Part shown: positions 24,379 to 32,990 of the stretch, piece by piece | Layout of the letters: the number at the start of each line of letters is the position of its first letter | How positions within the stretch are numbered: position 1 is the stretch's first letter | Assembly: GCA_001784725.1 (NCBI GenBank) | Contig: MFRX01000034.1 | Span: 657-44,570 of the forward strand | Reading direction: 5' to 3' | Origin: Candidatus Moranbacteria bacterium RIFCSPHIGHO2_02_FULL_40_12b | GTDB lineage: Bacteria > Patescibacteriota > Minisyncoccia > Moranbacterales > 2-12-FULL-40-10 | Length of the DNA stretch: 43,914 nucleotides | Program-made: the position numbers and the translations under genes | Notes under the pieces: generated by a model | What the model was told of the DNA's origin: nothing | What the model saw: only the letters and a program-made list of their open reading frames with translations | The model's database searches: none

Positions 24379-25632
24379 ATGTCTTATTTTTTAAACCTAA
24401 AAAAACAGGATCCGCGGGTTTATAAATCCGTGCTGGGAGAAATAAAAAGGCAGCAGGAAGGGCTGGAAATGATCGCATCGGAAAATTATGTATCCGCTGC
24501 GGTGCTTGAAGCGCTGGGAACGGTGTTTACCAATAAATATTCCGAGGGCTATCCGGGAAAAAGATATTATGGCGGGCAGGAGTTCACCGATGTCATTGAA
24601 GAACTGGCAATCAAGCGCGCCAAAAAATTATTCGGGGCGGAGCATATTAATGTCCAGCCGCTTTCAGGAGCGCCGGCCAATATGATCGCTTACAGCGCGG
24701 TTTTAAAACCAGGAGATAAAATATTGGGAATGGATTTGTCGCATGGCGGACATCTTACCCACGGACATCCCGTTACTCTTTCGGCGAAAATTTATAATTT
24801 TATCAGATATAAAACCACTCCTGACGGGAAAATTAATTATAAAGAACTGGAAAAAATAGCAATCAAGGAAAAGCCAAAAATGATTTTAGCCGGATTCTCG
24901 GCGTATACGCGGCAATTGGATTACAAAAAATTTTCCGCTATCGCTAAAAAAGTCAGGGCAATTTCTATGATTGATATCGCCCATATTGCCGGACTCATTG
25001 CCGGCAAAGCGATTCCTAATCCAGTTCCGTATTTTGACATAGTAACTACAACGACGCATAAAACACTCCGCGGTCCCCGGGGTGGAATGATTATGTGCAA
25101 AAAGGGATTTGCCAAGGCCATTGATAAAGCGGCTTTCCCTGGATTTCAGGGCGGGCCGCATATGAACAATATTGCTGCATTGTCCGTGGCGCTTGGCGAA
25201 GCGCTGGAGCCGTCTTTTAAAAAATACGCGAAACAGATTATAAAAAACGCGAAAATTTTAGAACAAGAATTAAGAAAATATGGATTTAAAATTATGTTTG
25301 GCGGAACAGACAATCATATGGTGCTACTGAATGTATTCAGCAGCAAAGGCGTAACCGGCAAAGAAGCGGAAGTGGTACTGGATAAAATCGGCATAACCAT
25401 CAATAAGAACATGATTCCGGACGATCCGCGGCATCCGATGGACCCGAGCGGAATCCGCATCGGCGTTCCGGCGGCGACTACCCGCGGAATGAAAGAAAAA
25501 GAGATAAAATTGATTGCCCAATATATAAACGATGCGATTAGTAATCATAAAAACAATAAAACATTAAAACAAGTTAACAAGGAAGTGAAAAAACTCTGCA
25601 AAAAATTTCCGATATACAAAAATTTAAAGTAA
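24379..25632 (+). CDS. glyA: Serine hydroxymethyltransferase
   Basis: LEMIASENY, TNKYSEGYPGKRYYGG, TTTTHKTLRGPRGG (PLP lysine). ATG 24379 lies 1 nt after the HIT gene stop. Confidence 0.95.
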   Translation: MSYFLNLKKQDPRVYKSVLGEIKRQQEGLEMIASENYVSAAVLEALGTVFTNKYSEGYPGKRYYGGQEFTDVIEELAIKRAKKLFGAEHINVQPLSGAPANMIAYSAVLKPGDKILGMDLSHGGHLTHGHPVTLSAKIYNFIRYKTTPDGKINYKELEKIAIKEKPKMILAGFSAYTRQLDYKKFSAIAKKVRAISMIDIAHIAGLIAGKAIPNPVPYFDIVTTTTHKTLRGPRGGMIMCKKGFAKAIDKAAFPGFQGGPHMNNIAALSVALGEALEPSFKKYAKQIIKNAKILEQELRKYGFKIMFGGTDNHMVLLNVFSSKGVTGKEAEVVLDKIGITINKNMIPDDPRHPMDPSGIRIGVPAATTRGMKEKEIKLIAQYINDAISNHKNNKTLKQVNKEVKKLCKKFPIYKNLK

Positions 25633-25696
25633 ATGGTTCTGCGCTTAACACCGATCGACGCTTTGATAATTTGTAGAGCAAATGCATAAGAATTAT

Positions 25697-26251
25697 ATGA
25701 ATAGAAAAATTATAGCGATTCTGGGACTTCCCGGGTCGGGAAAAACGGAAGTTATAAATTATTTGATTAAAAAATTCAACTGGCCAAAAGTTTATTTCGG
25801 CGATGTTACTTTTGATGAATTAAAAAATCGCGGATTAGAAATTAACGAAAAAAATGAGCGGATGGTCAGAGAAGATTTAAGAAATAAATATGGCCGCCTC
25901 TACTACGCGAATAAAGTGGTTGAAAAAATAGAGAATATAAGTGATGCCGAAATTATTTTAGTAGAAAGTTTGTATGATTGGAGCGAATATCTTTTGTTTA
26001 AAGAAAAATTTAGCGATGATTTTTTAACAATAGCTGTTTATGCTTCTCCAAGAGTCAGATACGAAAGATTGGGAATAAGAAAGATAAGACCGCTTACACC
26101 CGAGGAAGCTCAGAGCCGAGACTATGCTCAAATAGAAAATATTTTTCAAGCGGGACCGATTGCAATGGCAGATTATACAGTGGACAATAATGACACGTTT
26201 GAAACTTTGTTTAAGCAAATCGACAATATTATAAGTAAAATTAATGCATAG
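25697..26251 (+). CDS. P-loop nucleoside/nucleotide monophosphate kinase-like protein
   Basis: Walker A GLPGSGKTE, about 185 aa. An alternative start is ATG 25682. Substrate cannot be assigned by eye. Confidence 0.6.
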   Translation: MNRKIIAILGLPGSGKTEVINYLIKKFNWPKVYFGDVTFDELKNRGLEINEKNERMVREDLRNKYGRLYYANKVVEKIENISDAEIILVESLYDWSEYLLFKEKFSDDFLTIAVYASPRVRYERLGIRKIRPLTPEEAQSRDYAQIENIFQAGPIAMADYTVDNNDTFETLFKQIDNIISKINA

Positions 26252-27086
26252 TTTTATGCATCAGTTCGACATCCAATACAAAGAAGCGCTCCGGAAAATA
26301 ATGAACGAGGGGAGCGAAGAATATAACGAGCGGACGGGGCACAGGACGCTGGCGCTTCCGGGCGTCACTTTTGAAATTGACGAGACCTTCCCGCTTCTCA
26401 CGCTCCGGAAAATTCCGGTGCGCATTTTTGTCGCCGAGCAGATCTGGTTCATTATGGGAAGCGATAATCCGGATGATTTCGTGGCCAGGTACACCAAGAT
26501 TTGGGATGACTTCCGCGAAGCCGACGGAAAAATCGCGGCGGCTTACGGGCATCGGATGCGGAAACATTTCGGCCGGGACCAGCTGAAAAATTTAATCGAC
26601 CATTTGGGACGGGAAAGGGGATCTCGCCACGGCGTAATCGTTTTTTGGGATCCGGGAGACGACGGGCTGGGAACCGGAACAAAGAAAAAAAATGTCCCTT
26701 GCCCATATACCTTTACGGCTAACGTAATTGACAATAAATTGCATTTGCATTTAATAATCCGTTCCAATGACATGATGCTGGGGTGCCCGCATGACATGGC
26801 GGGATTCGCGGTTATGCAGGCGATATTGGCAGCCAAAGTCGGAGCCGCAGTGGGAAAAATGACTTATTCAGTTAGTAACGCCCACATTTATGACATTCAT
26901 TATGACTACGCCAGAGAAATAATTGAAAGGGGAAACAACCACGGTCCGATATTTTTTGAAGCGCAGGAAAATTACTTTGACCGGGCGGAAAAAGGCGACG
27001 ACAAATTGTTTGAAGAAATAGTGGAAAAAATAAACAGCCAGTATAATCCGCTTCCACCGATAAAAGGGATGGAAATAGTTTTATGA
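26244..27086 (+). CDS. Thymidylate-synthase-family (ThyA fold) pyrimidine C5-modifying enzyme with Asp at the Asn177 specificity position
   Basis: Manual alignment to E. coli ThyA matches ERTG (R21), EQIWF, AYGHRMR, GSRH, VPCP (C146), IIRSND (R166/S167/D169), LGCPHD (N177 replaced by D), SNAHIY (H207/Y209). The Cys-to-Asp spacing is 31 residues, as in E. coli C146-N177. Confidence 0.8.
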   Translation: MHSFMHQFDIQYKEALRKIMNEGSEEYNERTGHRTLALPGVTFEIDETFPLLTLRKIPVRIFVAEQIWFIMGSDNPDDFVARYTKIWDDFREADGKIAAAYGHRMRKHFGRDQLKNLIDHLGRERGSRHGVIVFWDPGDDGLGTGTKKKNVPCPYTFTANVIDNKLHLHLIIRSNDMMLGCPHDMAGFAVMQAILAAKVGAAVGKMTYSVSNAHIYDIHYDYAREIIERGNNHGPIFFEAQENYFDRAEKGDDKLFEEIVEKINSQYNPLPPIKGMEIVL

Positions 27087-27592
27087 AAATTATAATGATA
27101 ATGGCCGCTACGGCCGACGGAAAAATCGCCAAAAACTCCGGACATTTTCCCGACTGGACTTCCAGGGAGGATAAGAAGTTTTTCGCGCGCGAATCCAAAA
27201 AAGCGGGCGTGGTGATAATGGGTGGGAAAACATTCGACACTTTTCCGGCGCCGCTTAAAGGCCGGCTGAACGCAATTGTGACGATTGATAAGGGTTACAA
27301 AGATATCCCGGGTAAAGTGAAGGTCTACTATAAAAAATCCCCTAAGTATATACTGAAGGACTTGAAAAAAATGGGCTACAAAAAAGCGATATTGGGCGGA
27401 GGAGCGTTTATCAACGGATTATTTTTAAAAAATAAATTGGTTGATGAAATGATAATTATTATCGCCCCGAAATTTTTTGGAAGAGGGCTCTGCTTGACTG
27501 AAGGGTTTGATTTTGATTATAATTTAAAAATAATTGAGACATATAAAATAAATAAGGACTCGGTTTTGCTTCATTATAAAATTTTATACTAA
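27083..27592 (+). CDS. Dihydrofolate-reductase-like protein (RibD C-terminal domain family)
   Basis: MAATADGKIA...DW.S.EDKKFF...VIMGGKTFD. It overlaps the ThyA-family gene by 4 nt (ATGA). Confidence 0.65.
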   Translation: MKIIMIMAATADGKIAKNSGHFPDWTSREDKKFFARESKKAGVVIMGGKTFDTFPAPLKGRLNAIVTIDKGYKDIPGKVKVYYKKSPKYILKDLKKMGYKKAILGGGAFINGLFLKNKLVDEMIIIIAPKFFGRGLCLTEGFDFDYNLKIIETYKINKDSVLLHYKILY

Positions 27593-27593
27593 G

Positions 27594-28253
27594 ATGGCAA
27601 CTTTAACCAAAAAAGAAATTATAAATTTGATAAAAGAGAAGAAAATTGAGTTTGATCCGGAACTTGACCAGTTTCAGGTCCAGCCCAATTCTGTCGATAT
27701 CCGGGTCGGCTGGAATTTTTATATTCCCAAAACCTGGGAATATAACGAAAAAGGGAGAGTGGCACTTAACATAAATTATCTGGACCAGGGCATCAAGAAA
27801 GACAGCTACAAAATAATCCGGCTGGTGGAAGGACAGTATTTTGAAATACTTCCCGGAGAATTCGTGATAATATCAACTCTGGAAAAAATAAAGCTTAATG
27901 AAGGAAAACTGATGGCGGTTCTTTACGCGAGAAGTTCAACGATAAGAAGGGGGCTGGTCGTGGAGAGCGGAACGATTGACGCCCGCTATGAAGGATATCT
28001 TATGCTTCCGGTAATGAACAACACCAAAGACCAGATAATCAAGATTTATCCCGGAGAAAGGATATGCCAGCTTGTTTTTCATGAATTGTCCTCCGGACTT
28101 ACAAAAGAAGAAGCGGACATTCACGGAGTGGCAAAAGCCAAATATCTTTCATCCACCTCCTACGGGCTGGAAGCGCGGAGCGACAGCGAAGAGGAAATTA
28201 ATTTAATCAAAAAAGGAAAAATAAAGGACTTAAAAAATAAATATAAAATTTAG
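27594..28253 (+). CDS. dCTP deaminase/dUTPase-superfamily protein lacking the Dcd catalytic Glu (dUTPase/dCTPase-like)
   Basis: QPNSVDIRVG, ARSSTIRRG, GTIDARYEGYLMLPVMN. Pro occupies the position of E. coli Dcd E138, 10 residues after the ID Asp. The Tyr 3 residues after the ID Asp matches dUTPases. Confidence 0.75.
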   Translation: MATLTKKEIINLIKEKKIEFDPELDQFQVQPNSVDIRVGWNFYIPKTWEYNEKGRVALNINYLDQGIKKDSYKIIRLVEGQYFEILPGEFVIISTLEKIKLNEGKLMAVLYARSSTIRRGLVVESGTIDARYEGYLMLPVMNNTKDQIIKIYPGERICQLVFHELSSGLTKEEADIHGVAKAKYLSSTSYGLEARSDSEEEINLIKKGKIKDLKNKYKI

Positions 28254-28268
28254 GGAGGGCAGTTCTTT

Positions 28269-28796
28269 ATGAATGAAATAAAATATCCATATATTCCTGA
28301 AGGACGCAATATGTTATACGTTCCGGCAAATAATCCTTTTATGATTGAAGCAATTCTCGTTAGAAATACTGAGAGTACTGACAAGAATCATTCGACCGGC
28401 GCGGTTGTGGTCAAAGGGGGAGTGATTATTGGCAGAGCGGCTAATCATGCCGGATTTAAACATCCAAAGTTTATCGCGCTTCACGCCAGGGGCTGGTGTA
28501 TCCGCAGAAAACTTAAAGTAAAATCAGGAACGAAATATTGGCTTTGTCCGGGATGTTCAACTCATGTTGATCATGCGGAAAGCGGCGCTGTTCGTGATGC
28601 TATAAGTAAAGCAGGAACTGAAGCGGTTATTGGCGCGGATTTGTATCTTTATGGACATTGGTGGTGCTGTAAGCCGTGCTGGGACGCTATGATTGAGGCA
28701 GGAATAAGGGATGTCTATCTTCTGGAAAAATCCTGGGAGCTTTTTAATTCAGAGCTTAATCACGAAATAAAGAAGCGGGGAAAGCCGAAAAATTGA
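28269..28796 (+). CDS. Deoxycytidylate (dCMP) deaminase family zinc enzyme
   Basis: HAE (VDHAESGAV) and PCxxC (CKPCWDAM) zinc motifs. The C-terminal GIRDVY is ComEB-like. Confidence 0.8.
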   Translation: MNEIKYPYIPEGRNMLYVPANNPFMIEAILVRNTESTDKNHSTGAVVVKGGVIIGRAANHAGFKHPKFIALHARGWCIRRKLKVKSGTKYWLCPGCSTHVDHAESGAVRDAISKAGTEAVIGADLYLYGHWWCCKPCWDAMIEAGIRDVYLLEKSWELFNSELNHEIKKRGKPKN

Positions 28797-28823
28797 AAGT
28801 AATGTTTGTATTTTGAATGACAT

Positions 28824-28884
28824 AAAATCTATTCTCAAATTCTCCCTCCAAAGGCGGGCAAGTAAGAATTTGAGAATAGATTTT
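28824..28884. repeat. 19-bp perfect inverted repeat with 23-nt loop
   Basis: aaaatctattctcaaattc (28824-28842) pairs with gaatttgagaatagatttt (28866-28884). The loop contains a ccctcc-aaa-ggcggg mini-hairpin. Confidence 0.85.
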
Positions 28885-28906
28885 AAACGATAAGGGAAGG
28901 AAAATT

Positions 28907-29584
28907 ATGGAAAGAGGAAAATTTATTGTAATAGACGGAACAGATGGAAGCGGCAAGGCGACGCAAGCTAAACTGCTAATAAAGAGATTAAAAAAAGAGG
29001 GCTATAGAGTTAAATTGGCTGATTTTCCCCAATATGGAAAAAAATCAGCGGGACTGGTTGAGGAATATCTTAATGGAAAATATGGCGAATCAAAAGAAGT
29101 TGGTCCATATCGTGCTTCTGTTTTTTACGCCTGCGATCGCTATGACGCTAGTTTTGAGATACGGGAAGCTCTAAATGAAGGAAAAATTGTTATTTCCAAC
29201 CGTTACGCAGCATCCAATATGGCGCATCAGGGAGGGAAAATAAAAAATTCCCGTGAGAGAAAAAAATTTCTGAAATGGCTGGATGATTTAGAATTTGGGA
29301 TATTTGCTATTCCCCGCCCAAATCTCAATATCATACTTCATGTGGACGCAGCTGTGGCGCAAAAACTGGTTGATAGTAAAGGATATCGGGATTATGTTGG
29401 AGGAAAAAAGAGAGACATTCACGAAGCGGATATCAAACATCTATGCGATGCTGAAAAAATATATATTGAAATAGCGAAAAATTTTCCTGGATTTTCACTG
29501 ATTGAATGCACTCGAGGCAGGAAAATTATGAGTCGGGAAGAAATAAGCAAGATGGTTTGGAAAAAAGTTAAGAAAATAGTTTAG
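28907..29584 (+). CDS. tmk: Thymidylate kinase
   Basis: FIVIDGTDGSGKATQ P-loop, DRY motif (CDRYDAS), and the lid region. Confidence 0.9.
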   Translation: MERGKFIVIDGTDGSGKATQAKLLIKRLKKEGYRVKLADFPQYGKKSAGLVEEYLNGKYGESKEVGPYRASVFYACDRYDASFEIREALNEGKIVISNRYAASNMAHQGGKIKNSRERKKFLKWLDDLEFGIFAIPRPNLNIILHVDAAVAQKLVDSKGYRDYVGGKKRDIHEADIKHLCDAEKIYIEIAKNFPGFSLIECTRGRKIMSREEISKMVWKKVKKIV

Positions 29585-29657
29585 TTTTTAGCCGAGTTTC
29601 ATTTCAATTTCAACTCGGCTTTATTTTTTGTTTTTTTCGTGATAAAATGGAGAAAAT

Positions 29658-29987
29658 ATGAACTTTGAAGAATACCAGAAAAAATCAAGAAAAACCGCTA
29701 AATATCCCGAGGCGGATAATAATTTTGTCTATCCTACTTTGGGATTAGCCGGCGAATCCGGAGAAGTGGCGGAGAAAATAAAAAAAGTCATTCGGGACAA
29801 AGGCGGAAAAATTGACGATGAAACTAGAGAATTGATTAAGAAAGAATTAGGAGATGTTTTGTGGTATGTGGCGCAGCTGGCAACGGAACTGGGCTTGTCG
29901 CTGGATGATGTCGCCAGCCATAACATTGAAAAACTTTACAGCCGGCTGGAGAGGGATAAATTAAATGGTAGCGGAGACAATAGGTAA
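29658..29987 (+). CDS. MazG-like (all-alpha) nucleoside triphosphate pyrophosphohydrolase
   Basis: LAGESGEVAEKIKK (ExxE) and ELGDVLWYV motifs. About 109 aa. Confidence 0.8.
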   Translation: MNFEEYQKKSRKTAKYPEADNNFVYPTLGLAGESGEVAEKIKKVIRDKGGKIDDETRELIKKELGDVLWYVAQLATELGLSLDDVASHNIEKLYSRLERDKLNGSGDNR

Positions 29988-30106
29988 TAATTTTAAATTT
30001 TTAATTCTAAATTTTAAATCAATTTTAAATTTCCAAATAATAAAAAATTTAAAATTTATTCATTTAGATTTCATTTAAAATTAAAAATTTATAATTCAAA
30101 ATTTCT

Positions 30107-31606
30107 ATGAAGTATATCCCGGTTATTGGTATGGAAGTGCATGTTGAACTCAAGACCGAGTCCAAGATGTTTTGCGCGTCCAAAAATGGGATGGGGGAGG
30201 AGAAAGAACCGAATGTGAATATTTGCCCGGTTTGCACGGGACAGCCGGGAACCTTGCCAGTGCCGAACCGGCAGGCGATAGAATTCGTACAGCTTATGGG
30301 ACTCGCGCTTAATTGTGAGCTAAGTAAAAATTCAAAATTTGATAGAAAAAATTATTTTTATCCCGATCTTCCAAAGGGCTACCAGATATCGCAGTATGAC
30401 CAGCCATTATGTCAAGATGGACATCTTGACATAATTAAAGTAATAAAGCAAGAAAACATGAAAACGAAGCGGATTGGGATTACGCGGATTCATTTGGAGG
30501 AAGATGCGGGGAAGTTATTGCACCCGAAAGGAGCAAATTACTCCTTGGTTGATTTTAACCGCGCGGGAGTGCCGCTGATGGAATTAGTGACGGAGCCGGA
30601 CATTGAATCGGGAGCGGAAGCCAGATTATTTTGCCAGAAGCTTCAGCAGATATGCCGATATTTAAATATTTCGGACGCGGATATGGAAAAAGGGCATATG
30701 AGGTGCGAAGCTAATATATCTATATATAAAGAAGGCGAGGATAAATTAAGCGGCACCAAAGTGGAAGTTAAAAACATCAATTCTTTCAAATTTGTGGAAA
30801 AAGCCATTGATTATGAAATAAAAAGGCAAGAAGAAATTCTAGAAAAAGGAGAAAAGGTGATTCAGGAAACCCGCGGCTTTGACAGCAATAGGAATATTAC
30901 GGTCTCCCAAAGAACCAAAGAAACCTCAGCGGATTACCGCTATTTTCCTGAACCGGACATTCCGCCGCTGAAATTCTCTGATGAATACATTGAAAATCTA
31001 AAAAGAAAGTTGCCGGAACTGCCGGAGGCCAAAGCCCTGCGCTTTGAAAAAGAATTCGCCCTTCCTAAAGCGGACGTGGAGGTTCTGGTTTCCGAAAAAG
31101 ATCTTGCTGATTTCTTTGAACAGACAGCAGCGGAGATTGCCGAAAAAATAGAGGCGAAAGAAATATCTTCCAATCAGGAAAGAGCGGTGAAACTAGCGGC
31201 CAATTACGTCATTAGCGAACTCAAAAAACATCTGGCGGAAACCGGAGAAAGCGTCGTGGACATAAAAATCAATCCTGAAAATTACGCGGAGCTCATCGGC
31301 TTAGTCGCGGACGGAAAAATAAATTCCAGCGCGGCGCAAACCGTGCTGGCTGAAATGTACCGCACCGGCGGCGACCCCTCGCATATTATTGAAGAAAAAA
31401 ATCTCTCACAAATGAGCGATGAAAATGAATTAGAAGTCATCATAGAGAAAGTTATCAAAAACAATCCGAAATCAGTTGCCGATTACAAAAACGGAAAATC
31501 CAACGCTTTGCAGTATCTGGTGGGAAAGGTTATGTCGGAAACGAAAGGGAAAGCTAATCCGAAGATAGTTTTGGAAATGCTGAAGAAAAAATTAAATGAA
31601 ACCTAA
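30107..31606 (+). CDS. gatB: Asp-tRNA(Asn)/Glu-tRNA(Gln) amidotransferase subunit B
   Basis: IGMEVHVEL, CPVCTGQPGTLP, RKNYFYPDLPKGYQISQ, and a C-terminal GatB/YqeY domain. Confidence 0.95.
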   Translation: MKYIPVIGMEVHVELKTESKMFCASKNGMGEEKEPNVNICPVCTGQPGTLPVPNRQAIEFVQLMGLALNCELSKNSKFDRKNYFYPDLPKGYQISQYDQPLCQDGHLDIIKVIKQENMKTKRIGITRIHLEEDAGKLLHPKGANYSLVDFNRAGVPLMELVTEPDIESGAEARLFCQKLQQICRYLNISDADMEKGHMRCEANISIYKEGEDKLSGTKVEVKNINSFKFVEKAIDYEIKRQEEILEKGEKVIQETRGFDSNRNITVSQRTKETSADYRYFPEPDIPPLKFSDEYIENLKRKLPELPEAKALRFEKEFALPKADVEVLVSEKDLADFFEQTAAEIAEKIEAKEISSNQERAVKLAANYVISELKKHLAETGESVVDIKINPENYAELIGLVADGKINSSAAQTVLAEMYRTGGDPSHIIEEKNLSQMSDENELEVIIEKVIKNNPKSVADYKNGKSNALQYLVGKVMSETKGKANPKIVLEMLKKKLNET

Positions 31607-32540
31607 AATGAAAAAACTGGGGAGTGTTATCGAGGCGCAGCAATTTGATAAGGAAACATTGGAGAAAATTTTCTCCACAGCCAATCAAATGGAAAAATCT
31701 CCGCCTTCTGGATTATTAAAAGGGAAGATTATGACTTCTCTTTTTTATGAACCCAGCACCAGAACCCGGCTAAGTTTTGAGTCAGCCATGCAGCGGCTGG
31801 GAGGCGAAGTAATAGGAACCGAAAATGCCAGAGAATTTTCTTCCAAAGCCAAAGGAGAAAGCTTGGAGGATTCCATAAGAGTGGTCAGCAGTTATTGCGA
31901 TATCATAGTGTTGCGTTATTACAAAGAAGGGGGTGCCGAGAGAGCTAAAAAATTTTCAAGCGTTCCCATAATCAACGCGGGCGACGGCATCGGACAGCAT
32001 CCCACCCAGGCATTGCTTGATCTCTACACCATTAAGAAATGCTTCAGTAGAATAAAGAAATTAAAAATAGCCCTGATTGGAGATTTAATGAATGGCCGGA
32101 CCGTAAGGTCGCTATGCTATTTTCTGGCAAAGCATTATCCTGATAATCACATCTACTTTATATCTCCGGAGCAGACGCGGATGAAAGATGACATTAAAAG
32201 TTATTTAGACAAGCATAACTTGAAATGGGAGGAGAGGAAAAATTTTAACTCAATTATTTCGGATATCGATATTTTCTACCAAACGAGAGTGCAGAAAGAA
32301 AGATTTGAGGGTAATATTGAGGTATATAAAGAAATTATGAAGTCCAGTGAAGGCATTTATATAACTCGGGACACGTTGAAAAAAATGAAATCAAAAGCGT
32401 GTATCCTCCATCCATTGCCGCGGGTTTCGGAAATCAAATATGATGTTGACGGCGATAAGCGGGCAAAATATTTCGACCAAGCCAAAAACGGGGTCTATGT
32501 CCGAATGGCGCTTCTTAAAATGATTTTAGCGGGGTATTAA
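31596..32540 (+). CDS. pyrB: Aspartate carbamoyltransferase catalytic subunit
   Basis: STRTRLSFE, HPTQALLD, HPLPR. An alternative start is ATG 31608. Confidence 0.9.
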   Translation: MKPKMKKLGSVIEAQQFDKETLEKIFSTANQMEKSPPSGLLKGKIMTSLFYEPSTRTRLSFESAMQRLGGEVIGTENAREFSSKAKGESLEDSIRVVSSYCDIIVLRYYKEGGAERAKKFSSVPIINAGDGIGQHPTQALLDLYTIKKCFSRIKKLKIALIGDLMNGRTVRSLCYFLAKHYPDNHIYFISPEQTRMKDDIKSYLDKHNLKWEERKNFNSIISDIDIFYQTRVQKERFEGNIEVYKEIMKSSEGIYITRDTLKKMKSKACILHPLPRVSEIKYDVDGDKRAKYFDQAKNGVYVRMALLKMILAGY

Positions 32541-32638
32541 CCCCGTTAGAAGTAAATGCCTCGCAGCCCTGCTGTGATTGAGTTATAATTCAAAATAATT
32601 CTCATGAGGTTTAATGCCCGAGGGATTTTCTAACGGGG

Positions 32639-32666
32639 TTGACATTATTCCGGCAGCGATTATAAT
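32639..32666 (+). promoter_or_regulatory. Consensus sigma70 promoter
   Basis: TTGACA (32639-32644), 16-nt spacer, TATAAT (32661-32666). Confidence 0.65.
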
Positions 32667-32787
32667 TTAGTCAGATGATTAATCAATGTCATCTTGTGAA
32701 TAAGAAGAGAGTTTGCGATTCAGCCGCCGCCCTTTAGAAGCGGTTTTTTTTATGGTTTTTTAACAATTCCAATGAAAGGAGGTAAAT

Positions 32788-32973
32788 ATGTATGAAAGAT
32801 GCAGAATTATTGATACTTGCGCGCTTACAGGACCTCATTGTACAGAGAGCGCGCGTGCGACTTGCTTTAAATCAGAGAGAGTGAAAAAGGCGTTGGCAAA
32901 AATAAGAGACATAAAAAGAAAATTATTTAGCATTATTAAAGTTAAAGTCCAACTGCTTTTCGGGTATGATTAA
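32788..32973 (+). CDS. Orphan small protein, 61 aa, four Cys in the N-terminal half and a basic C-terminus
   Basis: Strong SD aaaggaggt 5 nt before the ATG, its own promoter upstream, and a terminator downstream. Confidence 0.55.
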   Translation: MYERCRIIDTCALTGPHCTESARATCFKSERVKKALAKIRDIKRKLFSIIKVKVQLLFGYD

Positions 32974-32990
32974 AATTTAAAATAAACTAG

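Noticed and set aside
24379-29987. Nucleotide-metabolism cluster as part of a prophage
   Set aside because: No structural, integrase or terminase genes are present. The cluster is flanked on both sides by core housekeeping genes on the same strand (rplK-rplA upstream, gatB-pyrB downstream). The phage parallel is functional only.
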